Source: Treponemataceae bacterium
Lineage (GTDB): Bacteria; Spirochaetota; Spirochaetia; Treponematales; Rectinemataceae
Reading direction: 5' to 3'
DNA: 64,000 bases
Assembly (NCBI GenBank): GCA_963678065.2
Contig: CAXXVZ010000005.1
Span: 544,001-608,000, forward strand
Made by a program: the position numbers and the translations under genes. Positions 9,518 to 18,322 of the stretch are shown piece after piece (the stretch's first letter is position 1; each line of letters starts with the position of its first letter). The notes beneath the pieces were generated by a model. That model was not told the origin of the DNA. It worked only from the letters and a program-made list of their open reading frames with translations, and made no database searches.

Positions 9518-11167
9518 TCACTTCCCTTTCTTCGGCTTTGTGACCTCTGCCTGGCTAACCGCGGGCAGCAGTGGCAGCCCGAGCTCGGCGAGGAACTCGT
9601 TGTGCTTCTTTGTGGCATCGGCAATCGTGGCGTCCAGGGCCACGAGCTCGGCATGGGTCGCGACGAGGTCGATCTCCTCCTCGGCCACGGCGGTGCTCAC
9701 ATAGCGAGAGATATTAAGGTTGTAGTCATTGTCGGCTATCTCCCCCATGGGGACGCGGCGGGAGAAGCGCTCCTCCTCCGTCCGGAACTGATAGGCAGAA
9801 AGAATTTTTTCGATGTGCTCGGGGAGGAGGCGGTTCTGGCGCTTGCCCTTCTCGAAGAGCTCGGCCGCGTTGATAAAGAGGAGGTCGTCGGGCTTTTTGC
9901 ACTTTTTGAGCACGAGGATGCATACGGGAATGCCGGTGGAGAAGAAGAGGTTGGCCGGCAGGCCTATCACCGTGTCGATGTTGCCATCGATAAGAAGTTT
10001 ACGCCTGATCCGCTCCTCGGCCCCGCCGCGGAAGAGGACGCCGTGGGGCAGGATGATTGCCATGCAGCCTTCGGTGGCAAGGAAGTGGAAGCCGTGGAGG
10101 AGGAAGGCGAAGTCGGCCGCAGACTTGGGCGCGAGGCCGTAGTCCTTGAAGCGGAAATCCTCTCCCAGGGCCTCGGTAGGCTCCCAGCGGTAGCTGAAGG
10201 GCGGATTGGCGACCACCGCGTCGAAGAGCATCTTCTTGGCCGGGTTCTGTTCAGCGAGGATGCCCCAGTCGTTGAGCAGGGAGTCGCCGTGGTGGATCTC
10301 GAACTCCGAGTCCTTGACCCCGTGCAAGAGCATGTTCATCCGCGCCAGGTTGTAGGTGGTGATGTTCTTCTCTTGGCCGTAGATCTTGCCCAGGCCGTGG
10401 GGGCCGAGGCGGCGGCGCACGTTGAGAAGGAGGGAGCCCGATCCGCAGGCGAAGTCCAGGACCTTGTCCAGCTTCTTCTTGGGGCCCAGAGCTGGCTCCT
10501 GGCTGTCAAGGGTGACGATGCCCGAGAGGATGCTGGATATCTGCTGGGGCGTGTAGAACTCGCCCGCCTTCTTACCCGAGCCCGCAGCGAACTGGCCGAT
10601 CAGGTACTCGTAGGCATCCCCCAAGATGTCGCTGGAGGTCGAGAACTGAGCTATGCCCTCGGCCACTTTCGTGATGATGGTGCAGAGCTTGTCGTTCCGA
10701 TCCTTGTAGCTCCGGCCAAGTTTCTCCGAGTCGAGGTTGATCTCGGAGAAAAGGCCCTTGAAACTGCTCTCGAAGGACTCGTTCTCGATATAGCGGAAGC
10801 CGGCCTGTAGGGTCTTGAGGAGCTCCCCGTTCTGCTTGCGGGCCATCTCGGAAATCGAGCTCCAGAGGTGCTCGGGCCGGATCACGTAGTGGATCTTGCG
10901 CCGCAGCTGGGCTTCGAAAGCGTCGACGTCGCCGGGGTTAGCCTCGTACCAGCGGCTCAAGGGAGGGAGGCTCAATTCCTCCTCGATCTTCGGATAGTCC
11001 CGCCCGAGCTCCTTTTTAGCGGCAGCCTCGTAGTTGTCAGAGAGGTAGCGGAGGAAGAGGAAGGAGAGCATGTAGTCCCGGAAGTCGTCGGCGTTCATGG
11101 CGCCCCGGAGCTGGTCGGCGATGGACCACAAGGTGTTGCCGAGCTCGCGCTGGTCTTTATCGTTCAT
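9518..11167 (-). CDS. hsdM: Type I RM methyltransferase subunit M
   Basis: LWSIADQLRGAM, GEFYTP, DFACGSG, ANPPF, PHGVLFRG, YNLNISRYV. Confidence 0.97.
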   Translation of the reverse strand: MNDKDQRELGNTLWSIADQLRGAMNADDFRDYMLSFLFLRYLSDNYEAAAKKELGRDYPKIEEELSLPPLSRWYEANPGDVDAFEAQLRRKIHYVIRPEHLWSSISEMARKQNGELLKTLQAGFRYIENESFESSFKGLFSEINLDSEKLGRSYKDRNDKLCTIITKVAEGIAQFSTSSDILGDAYEYLIGQFAAGSGKKAGEFYTPQQISSILSGIVTLDSQEPALGPKKKLDKVLDFACGSGSLLLNVRRRLGPHGLGKIYGQEKNITTYNLARMNMLLHGVKDSEFEIHHGDSLLNDWGILAEQNPAKKMLFDAVVANPPFSYRWEPTEALGEDFRFKDYGLAPKSAADFAFLLHGFHFLATEGCMAIILPHGVLFRGGAEERIRRKLLIDGNIDTVIGLPANLFFSTGIPVCILVLKKCKKPDDLLFINAAELFEKGKRQNRLLPEHIEKILSAYQFRTEEERFSRRVPMGEIADNDYNLNISRYVSTAVAEEEIDLVATHAELVALDATIADATKKHNEFLAELGLPLLPAVSQAEVTKPKKGK

Positions 11168-11517
11168 TGCAGTGCTCCCAAGGCAGTTGCTTCTTCAAGC
11201 CCTAGCTCGGTGCGGACGAACAGGGGTCGGGCGGCCTGGTCGATATGGGCGCGGAGGGGAGTGTAGGCGATCGAGTTGTAGCTTTTTACGTCCACCGAGA
11301 TCGACAGACTGCTCTCCCGGAACAGGGTGCTCAAGCGGGCGCAGAGAGGGTCATCGACCTTGCCGAAAAGCACGAGGTCGATATCGGAATTGGGGCGATA
11401 GGTCCCCTGGGCGCGGGAGCCGAAAACGGAGACGGCTTCGATTTTATCCCCTGCCTGGCCCAGAATTTCTCGGATAATGGCGCGATCCTCGCCGCTGAGG
11501 CCGTAGCTATCGGTCAT
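11164..11517 (-). CDS. Minimal nucleotidyltransferase (MNT, antitoxin-type)
   Basis: 117 aa, FGSRAQGTYRPNSDIDL (GSx10DxD); ATGA overlaps with the HEPN gene and hsdM. Confidence 0.9.
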   Translation of the reverse strand: MTDSYGLSGEDRAIIREILGQAGDKIEAVSVFGSRAQGTYRPNSDIDLVLFGKVDDPLCARLSTLFRESSLSISVDVKSYNSIAYTPLRAHIDQAARPLFVRTELGLEEATALGALQ

Positions 11518-11936
11518 TCGCCCTCGCCCATGTCCTTCGCCATGAGGAAATCGTAGAGCTCCTCGAAGGCGGAGAGGTAGCCAGCCTTGATATCGGCGAT
11601 CACCTGCTCGAAGACCTTGATGTCGTAGGTGTGGGACATGAGGTTCCGTGCATCCAGGGCCTTTTGCCAGACCTCGCCCTGACGAATGACACCCGCCTCG
11701 AAGGCGCTCCTGATGACTGTCCGAGGGGTGACCTGGTCCAAGACCAGGCCTTCGCTCTCCAGGTAATCCTTCAAAGTCTTCCAGGCGAGCTCGGTGCTGT
11801 ACTCGAAGCGCTGGATCAGGCCTTCCTTCTCGAGCTGAGAAAGAGGCTCTTCCTTGTCCACCGCCTCGCGCAGGAGGGTAAAGGCTCGGCGATAATTGGC
11901 GAAGCGGTACTTCCATCTGGGAGTCGGGTCGCTCAT
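11514..11936 (-). CDS. HEPN protein (HI0074 / nucleotidyltransferase substrate-binding family, toxin-type)
   Basis: GLIQRFEYSTELAWK and RNLMSHTY (Rx4HxY). Confidence 0.9.
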   Translation of the reverse strand: MSDPTPRWKYRFANYRRAFTLLREAVDKEEPLSQLEKEGLIQRFEYSTELAWKTLKDYLESEGLVLDQVTPRTVIRSAFEAGVIRQGEVWQKALDARNLMSHTYDIKVFEQVIADIKAGYLSAFEELYDFLMAKDMGEGE

Positions 11937-13075
11937 GGATGATTCGTCTCCTTCGTGCCACTATTGTATACGCTGCTCATCGATCGCGCAGCTCCGTCCG
12001 TGTCGTCTGCGAAAAGCTCGGGATCGAACGGATAGCGGTCCAGGAAGTCAGTGAGGATCCTCCTGAAGTACTCCTTGTTCTCCTCCAGCATCTCCTGGGG
12101 CTCGTAGAGTGAGTAATTGCCATGGCTGAGGATGTTGACGATCCTCGAGAACACGGTGCCGTCCGGATCGTCGTCGCCGCGCTTTAAGCAGGCCGAGAAG
12201 TTCTCGTAGCCGTGGAAATGCGCCGTCTTCTCAAGGATACTCCGTAGGACATTGAAATGATAGGTATAGAGCTTCCCAGCCTTGGCGGCACGGAAAAGCT
12301 CTTGGAGCATAGCGACGTGGTAGAAGAAGGGCGTTTCGTTCGTGGACTTGAGCGAATACTCTCCCGATGCCTCGGAATGGTCGAGAAAGCAGGACTCGGT
12401 CTGCTTCTTGTGCCTGAGCTCGTTCCACATCACATTGAAGAAGAGGGCGTGATGGGAGGAGATCACGAAGCGATGGCCGTCCCTGTGGGCCTTCAGAAGC
12501 TGGGCGAGGTCGCTCGCCACGGCGATGGCGTTGTTGTCGTCAAGGGAGGATATGGGATCATCCACATAGATGTATTTGACCCAGGCGTAGTCGGCGACTC
12601 CTTCGAGCGCCATCTTGCAGATAGCCAGGAAGAAGCACCAGATGAAGATGTTTTCCTCGCCCCGGGAGATCTTGATGTCCTCCGAGTCGTCCCGGTAGAA
12701 GGAGACGAACCACTGATCATAGTCGATCCGGAAGTTGAAACTCGCATAGCGCGATAGGTACTCACCGATCCTCTCCTCAATATTGATGTCCGCGATGCCC
12801 TTGAAGAAGCGCGATCCTGAGTTGATCCGCAGCCTGCGCGCGCTGTCGCCCTCGAGGTCGTTGTCCCAATAGAAGAGGTCCTCGGTGTAGGCGTTGAAGT
12901 AGAGAGTATCCCGAGCCTCCCCTCGCTTCCCCTCGTCCTTGAAGGCCATGGAGAGCCGAGTCTTGCCCGTGCCGTTGTAGGCGTAGATAAGGAGGAACTT
13001 CTTCTCCTCGAGGACAACGCGGAGATGGGATGCGAGGTCCTCGATGGTGGGATATTTGGTAATGGGGTCGCTCAT
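11933..13075 (-). CDS. prrC: PrrC-type anticodon nuclease (ABC-ATPase + HEPN)
   Basis: YAYNGTGKTRLS, PrrC box YFNAYTEDLFYWDND, SRGEE signature, YVDDPISSLD, H-loop, C-terminal LRSILEKT...SRIVNILSH; lies inside an hsd operon. Confidence 0.88.
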   Translation of the reverse strand: MSDPITKYPTIEDLASHLRVVLEEKKFLLIYAYNGTGKTRLSMAFKDEGKRGEARDTLYFNAYTEDLFYWDNDLEGDSARRLRINSGSRFFKGIADINIEERIGEYLSRYASFNFRIDYDQWFVSFYRDDSEDIKISRGEENIFIWCFFLAICKMALEGVADYAWVKYIYVDDPISSLDDNNAIAVASDLAQLLKAHRDGHRFVISSHHALFFNVMWNELRHKKQTESCFLDHSEASGEYSLKSTNETPFFYHVAMLQELFRAAKAGKLYTYHFNVLRSILEKTAHFHGYENFSACLKRGDDDPDGTVFSRIVNILSHGNYSLYEPQEMLEENKEYFRRILTDFLDRYPFDPELFADDTDGAARSMSSVYNSGTKETNHP

Positions 13076-14421
13076 CGATCGGCCTCGGCGGCGGAGGGGA
13101 AGAGTCCCTGCATGAGGCCCTTCTTGTAGGTCTTGAGTTTCTCGATCTGAGCCGCCTGGGCGACGATGAGATCGTCGAGGGAGGAGAGACAGGAGGATAT
13201 CTTGATTTGTTCATCATACGATGGACGGTATAATGAGAAAGACCGGATCTGGGCAAAGTTTAATCCCTGTCTGTTCCCACCAGCCTGGAAACTATCGATT
13301 TGCTTCTGCCCAATTTGCGATAATAAGAACTGATTTAGGAAATAAGGATTTAGTGCGTGTTCCTTAGTGCGAATTATACAGACATGTTGATTAACATTGC
13401 CGCCATGTATTCTTGAATCCGCAACTGCGCTCCTTCCAATAGAGGCGCCGGTTATATTTAACAGGACATCTCCTTCTGTAACTTCAGTTGCTGAGAATGT
13501 TGAATGCGTAGCCTCGTCAATATTCACTACATCATCAAGAATCAAATTCCCCCAACCAACATTCTGGCTACGGATGAATGGCCTCCCACTTCTTTTGTAA
13601 TTCACCTCGCCGCCGAGGGGTGTAATACCGCTACCGACTTTTACAGTCAATCGACCAAGTTCATTCTCATCCCACTCCCCGGCATCCCTGAACTCCGGGA
13701 AACGCAGCCTCGGCACACTCTCTCCCTCCGCTGGGAAGAGCTGCTGCATGAGGCCTTTCTTGTACTTCTTGAGGGCATCGAGCTTTTTCGAGTGAGTGGC
13801 TATGAGAGCATCGAGGGATGAGAGGCAGGAGGCGATTTTTAGCTGCTCTGTTTTGTTCATCGGGTAGATAACATTTGTTTTATTTGCATTCTCAATCGTA
13901 TACGTTCCGACTGTCCCGATACCGGCAGCTTTAATTATTTGTTGTTGAATAAAGTCGCTAAGGAAAAGCATTAGCAAAAACGATCCAAGAATTTCATGTT
14001 CATCGTTCTGAAGCCAAATGATATTGCCGTCTTTAAAATAGAAGCGATCATGCAGTTTCACTAAATATGGAATACCAATTGAGCCAACTCCCGTAACTAG
14101 TAGATCACCAGCTTTTATTTCTCCACTCAGGTTAGTATTCACTTGATATAACTTTTCACTGATATATAGCGGGGAGATTCTTTCTCCGTTATTTAGGGCA
14201 ACTAACTCACGGGCGCGATAGAATGGCACCCCCTCCTTTGCCCAATCAGCTTCGTAAATTCGTTTGCACGAAGTTATATTCAGAACCTGTCCAAGATATT
14301 TCTCTTCCCACTCCCCCGCATCCCTGTATTCCGGAAAACGTAACCTAGGCACGCGCCTACCCGCATGCTTCGCCTGGGCGCGCGGCGGACTCGCGCGTAC
14401 GAAATCGCCTTTATTTCTCAT
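13072..14421 (-). CDS. hsdS: Type I RM specificity subunit S with two TRDs
   Basis: Duplicated VPRLRFPE(Y/F)RDAGEW and EQxKI.SCLSSLD.LI...KKGLMQ.LFP; AT-rich TRDs. Confidence 0.95.
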   Translation of the reverse strand: MRNKGDFVRASPPRAQAKHAGRRVPRLRFPEYRDAGEWEEKYLGQVLNITSCKRIYEADWAKEGVPFYRARELVALNNGERISPLYISEKLYQVNTNLSGEIKAGDLLVTGVGSIGIPYLVKLHDRFYFKDGNIIWLQNDEHEILGSFLLMLFLSDFIQQQIIKAAGIGTVGTYTIENANKTNVIYPMNKTEQLKIASCLSSLDALIATHSKKLDALKKYKKGLMQQLFPAEGESVPRLRFPEFRDAGEWDENELGRLTVKVGSGITPLGGEVNYKRSGRPFIRSQNVGWGNLILDDVVNIDEATHSTFSATEVTEGDVLLNITGASIGRSAVADSRIHGGNVNQHVCIIRTKEHALNPYFLNQFLLSQIGQKQIDSFQAGGNRQGLNFAQIRSFSLYRPSYDEQIKISSCLSSLDDLIVAQAAQIEKLKTYKKGLMQGLFPSAAEADR

Positions 14422-17377
14422 ACGCCGCCAGTCCCGAGATGTCCCGCCCACCCGCAATCTTGTGCAGGTAGGGCGCGAGGTCGTTCATGAGGCTCAGCTC
14501 TTTCTGAGTCCTGGCCTTCCAGCCCAAGTCGAGGGGGGCGAGAAGCTCGCTCAGAGTCTCGCCGTCGAAGATCATGCGGGCCATGATGCCCTCCACGAAG
14601 GTCATAAATGAAGCCGGGTCGAGGCCGTGTTTTTGGGCCATAACAGCGAGAATTTGGGCTTCCTTCTCGACCTTGAAGGCCTCGTAGCCCGTGCGGATCT
14701 CCTTTTCGTTCAGCGCCTCGCCGGCCTTGAGAGTCCGTATGTACTCGGCTATATCCTCGCCCTCGCCTGCGAACTTGGAGTCGGCCTTGATAATGCCGAT
14801 GAGCTGATCCCGAGTCATGCTCTGCTTGGTCGGCGCGGCCTGTGTGTAGTTCGAGATGAGACGCATGATGTAATCGTAGTCGATGAGGGCCGAGGCGAAG
14901 AGAACGAACTCGAAGTCCAGCTCCTGCGCTCCCACGATCACCTCGTCTGTCCTGCCCCGCTCCTCCCGCATGCGCTGGGCAGTCTCCAGGTACACCCCCC
15001 GGAATCCCTGGAGCCGATCGGTGGAGATCGCGCCTTCGATCTCCGCTTTTTCCTTGGAGCCGAGGTGGGTGTACTGGTCGAGCTGGGTCTTGTGGCGCTG
15101 CACTTCCTTGAAGAGGTTGATGAACTGGGCTCGGGCCTCGTCGCCCTTGAGATTGGGCACTTCCTCAGGGAGGCTCTTGAGGCCCTGGGAGGCCATGAAC
15201 TCGTCCAGGGCGGCCACCGCCGTCTTGAGCTTCCCGATCACAGCGGGGGCCGGGTCGACTAGCCAGATCTCCTTGGCCCGCTCCGTCGCTTCGCCTGAGA
15301 AGAGGGTTATGGCCTCGTCCACTTCCTTCTGCTGGCCTCGGAAGTCCAGGATGTTGCCAGCGGGCTTCGTGTCGTTGAGCACCCGGTTGGTGCGAGAGAA
15401 GGCTTGGATGAGGCCGTGGTACTTGAGGTTCTTGTCCACATAGAGGGTGTTGAGGTACTTCGAGTCAAAGCCCGTGAGGAGCATGTCCACAACGATGGTG
15501 AGGTCGATCTTCTTCTCCCGGGGATAGTCCTGATTCGAGTACTGCTGGTCCTTTATGCGCTTCTGAACGTCTTGGTAGTAGAAGTCGAAGTTGTTTATGT
15601 CGTGGTTCGTACCGTAGTGCCTATTGTATTCGGCGATGATGGCCATGAGGGCCGCCTTTTTCTTGTCGGGCTCCACCTCGTTGTCAGCCTTCTCTTGGGG
15701 CAGGTCTTCCTGGATCTGCTGCACGTCCTTGTTCCCCTCGGCGGGGGGCGAGAAGACGCAAGCCACGCCCAGTGGCCGGAAGGATGGATCCTTGGCCGCG
15801 CGCTCGGCCTGGACTGCCTTGAAGAGAGAGTGGTACGCGATGGCGTCGTTGATCGAGGCAGTGGCGAGGAGGGCATTGAACTTGCGGCTTCCGGTGGAGG
15901 CGTCGTGCTTGTCCAGTATCGCCTCCACGACCGCCTTCTGGGCCAGCGCCTCGCCGGGCTTCGGCGCCCCTTCGCCCTCGCTCTTGTAGTAGTCCACCCG
16001 GAAGCGTAGCACGTTCCGGTCCTCTATGGCGTTGGTGATGGTATAGGCATGGAGGCACTTCTGGAAGATGTCGTCGGTGGTCCGGTAAGAGCCCTCCTCT
16101 CCCTCGAACTGCTTGTAGCTTGCGTTCGCGTCGAAGATGGGCGTGCCGGTGAAGCCGAAGAGCTGGGAGTTGGGGAAGAACTCCTTAATGGCTTTGTGGT
16201 TCTCCCCGAACTGAGAGCGGTGGCACTCATCGAAGATGAACACCATGCGCCTCTCGCGCAGGCCCTCAAGACGCTCTTTGTACTTGCGCGTGCTCCCGCC
16301 CTCCAGGGCTAGGCCGAGCTTCTGGATCGTGGTTACGATGACCTTGTTCGCGTAGTCGTCGGAGAGGAGGCGCCGCACCAGGGTTTCGGTGTTCGTGTTC
16401 TCCTCGACGCAGCCTTCCTGGAAGCGGTTGAACTCCTCCCGGGTCTGGCGGTCCAGGTCCTTGCGGTCCACAACGAAGAGGCACTTGTAGATGTCGTCGT
16501 TGTCCTTGAGGAGCGTCGAGGCTTTGAAGGAGGTAAGGGTCTTGCCCGAGCCGGTGGTGTGCCAGATGTAGCCGTTGCCCCGGTTCTGGTGGATACAGTC
16601 CACGATGGCTCTGACTGCGTAGATCTGGTAGGGCCGCATCATAAGGAGCTTGCGCTCACTGGCCACTAGAACCATGTAGCGGTTTATCGTCTGGCCGAGC
16701 GTACACTTGGGGAAGAAGCTCTCGGCGAAATCGTCGAGCTGGACGATTTTGCGGTTCGTCTCGTCGGCGAACTGGTAGAGAGGGAGGAACTTCTCGTCGG
16801 CGCCGAAGGAGAGGTGCCGCTCATCGTTGTTGGCGAAGTACCATGTGTCGGTACGATTTGACACAATGAAGAGCTGCATGAAGCAGAGGAGGCTGTTCGT
16901 GTAACCGTTGCCCACCTCCTTCTTGTAGTCGACGATCTGCTGCATGGCCACCCGGGGCTGGATGCCCAAGGCCTTGAGCTCGATCTGCGCGAGGGGCAGA
17001 CCGTTTATGAGGATGATCACGTCGTAGCGCTGGTTCGAGTTCTTCGTGTTGATGTGGAGCTGGTTCACCGCCTCGTAGCTGTTCTTGCACCAGTCTTTGA
17101 GGTTCACCAGCGAGAATTGCAGGGGTGTGCCGTCGTCCCGCATAAAGGTGTTGTACTCCCGGAGGCGGCTGGCCGAAGCGAAAACGTCGGGGTCGACGAT
17201 CTGGTCCAAGAGGCGGGCGAACTCGGAGTCCAGGAGCTTCACGCGGTTGAGCGCCTCGAACTTCTCCCGGAAGTTGCGCTCAAGGGCTTCGCGGTCGCGG
17301 ATTTCCGGGCGGTAGTCATACTTTAGGTCAGTAAGTTTCGCGATAAAGGCTTGCTCGATCTGGCTTTCGGTTGTCAT
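14411..17377 (-). CDS. hsdR: Type I RM restriction subunit R
   Basis: DVIILINGLPLAQIELK, WHTTGSGKT, DECH, FTGTP, MLLTGFD, QAFSRTNR. Confidence 0.97.
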   Translation of the reverse strand: MTTESQIEQAFIAKLTDLKYDYRPEIRDREALERNFREKFEALNRVKLLDSEFARLLDQIVDPDVFASASRLREYNTFMRDDGTPLQFSLVNLKDWCKNSYEAVNQLHINTKNSNQRYDVIILINGLPLAQIELKALGIQPRVAMQQIVDYKKEVGNGYTNSLLCFMQLFIVSNRTDTWYFANNDERHLSFGADEKFLPLYQFADETNRKIVQLDDFAESFFPKCTLGQTINRYMVLVASERKLLMMRPYQIYAVRAIVDCIHQNRGNGYIWHTTGSGKTLTSFKASTLLKDNDDIYKCLFVVDRKDLDRQTREEFNRFQEGCVEENTNTETLVRRLLSDDYANKVIVTTIQKLGLALEGGSTRKYKERLEGLRERRMVFIFDECHRSQFGENHKAIKEFFPNSQLFGFTGTPIFDANASYKQFEGEEGSYRTTDDIFQKCLHAYTITNAIEDRNVLRFRVDYYKSEGEGAPKPGEALAQKAVVEAILDKHDASTGSRKFNALLATASINDAIAYHSLFKAVQAERAAKDPSFRPLGVACVFSPPAEGNKDVQQIQEDLPQEKADNEVEPDKKKAALMAIIAEYNRHYGTNHDINNFDFYYQDVQKRIKDQQYSNQDYPREKKIDLTIVVDMLLTGFDSKYLNTLYVDKNLKYHGLIQAFSRTNRVLNDTKPAGNILDFRGQQKEVDEAITLFSGEATERAKEIWLVDPAPAVIGKLKTAVAALDEFMASQGLKSLPEEVPNLKGDEARAQFINLFKEVQRHKTQLDQYTHLGSKEKAEIEGAISTDRLQGFRGVYLETAQRMREERGRTDEVIVGAQELDFEFVLFASALIDYDYIMRLISNYTQAAPTKQSMTRDQLIGIIKADSKFAGEGEDIAEYIRTLKAGEALNEKEIRTGYEAFKVEKEAQILAVMAQKHGLDPASFMTFVEGIMARMIFDGETLSELLAPLDLGWKARTQKELSLMNDLAPYLHKIAGGRDISGLAAYEK

Positions 17378-17639
17378 ACGCCAGCAACCTCAATGACGTC
17401 TTTTATAATATTGCCAACGCAGCCAATGGTAACTTCAACCGCATTATCTGCTGACAGCGGATACTTCATGGTATGCATTGCGCTAAGTCCTTTACTAATA
17501 AAGCATCATGAGGAACGCGTTCGAGCGACATGGTACCTCAGAAACCGGCGGGGAGCAAGATGACTTGTTCCTGAATCTTGATCCCGAACCAAGCGTTTCA
17601 ATGTTGGCGGTCAGGGCGAGATGATGCGACGCCCGGCCG

Positions 17640-18317
17640 CTAGTTCGCCGATTCGACGATTGCCTTCAGATGTTCCATCCCCGAAAGCAGGCTGGAGAGT
17701 ACAGGCTTGCCCGTCGCCGCGACAAGCTCGTTCTCGATGACGGACATCGATGCCTGGGCGAGGAGAAAAACGTCCGCCTGGTCGGCCAGTTTGGCTGCAG
17801 TTTCGAGGATGATCCGGTTGTGGCTGGCCGCGTCCCCGCCGATGAGGGCCTGGAACGCTCCGTCGGCCAAGCCGTTCACCATGATGACATCGCGGTTTTC
17901 ACGCTTCGCCATCATTTCCACGTAGCGCATGGTCGGCCCGAGAGTCGTCGGGAGGGTCGCGAGCACGGCGATCCGCGTCCACTTCCGGACTGCCTGACGC
18001 GCCATCGCTTCGTCGATGCGGACGATGGGAATCTTCACGAAGCTGCGCGCAGCCTCGGTCGCGTCGCCGATCGACGAGCATGTCGTGAAGATGTAGTCGG
18101 CGCCGGCCTCTTCGGCCGACCAATAGTGGTAGAGGAGGCGCCTCGCCGAGGCAGAGGTCACGCATCCGTCGCGGATGACCTGGCCGATGTAGCCCTCGTC
18201 CACGATGTTGACGAGCCTGAGCTCGGGCATCATCTGTCTGAACAATTCGGTGCAACGCGACACCAGAGTGGGGGCCGTGTAGAAGGCCGCCACGGTGATC
18301 TGTCTGGATTGGTCCAT
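17640..18317 (-). CDS. Asp/Glu/hydantoin racemase-family protein
   Basis: TCSSIG, VRIDEAMA, VLATLPTT, LAQASM, PVLSS. Confidence 0.75.
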   Translation of the reverse strand: MDQSRQITVAAFYTAPTLVSRCTELFRQMMPELRLVNIVDEGYIGQVIRDGCVTSASARRLLYHYWSAEEAGADYIFTTCSSIGDATEAARSFVKIPIVRIDEAMARQAVRKWTRIAVLATLPTTLGPTMRYVEMMAKRENRDVIMVNGLADGAFQALIGGDAASHNRIILETAAKLADQADVFLLAQASMSVIENELVAATGKPVLSSLLSGMEHLKAIVESAN

Positions 18318-18322
18318 ATTCG

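Noticed and set aside
8707..17430. TGCCGACGCAGCCGATGAT (8707) vs TGCCAACGCAGCCAATGGT (17412), both encoding IGCVG on the minus strand
   Set aside because: 16/19 match that does not extend on either side; may be chance.
8527..17640. Defence island as an active mobile element with att sites
   Set aside because: No integrase, transposase or tRNA in the window; only an 8-bp AACGCGTT is shared near the two ends.
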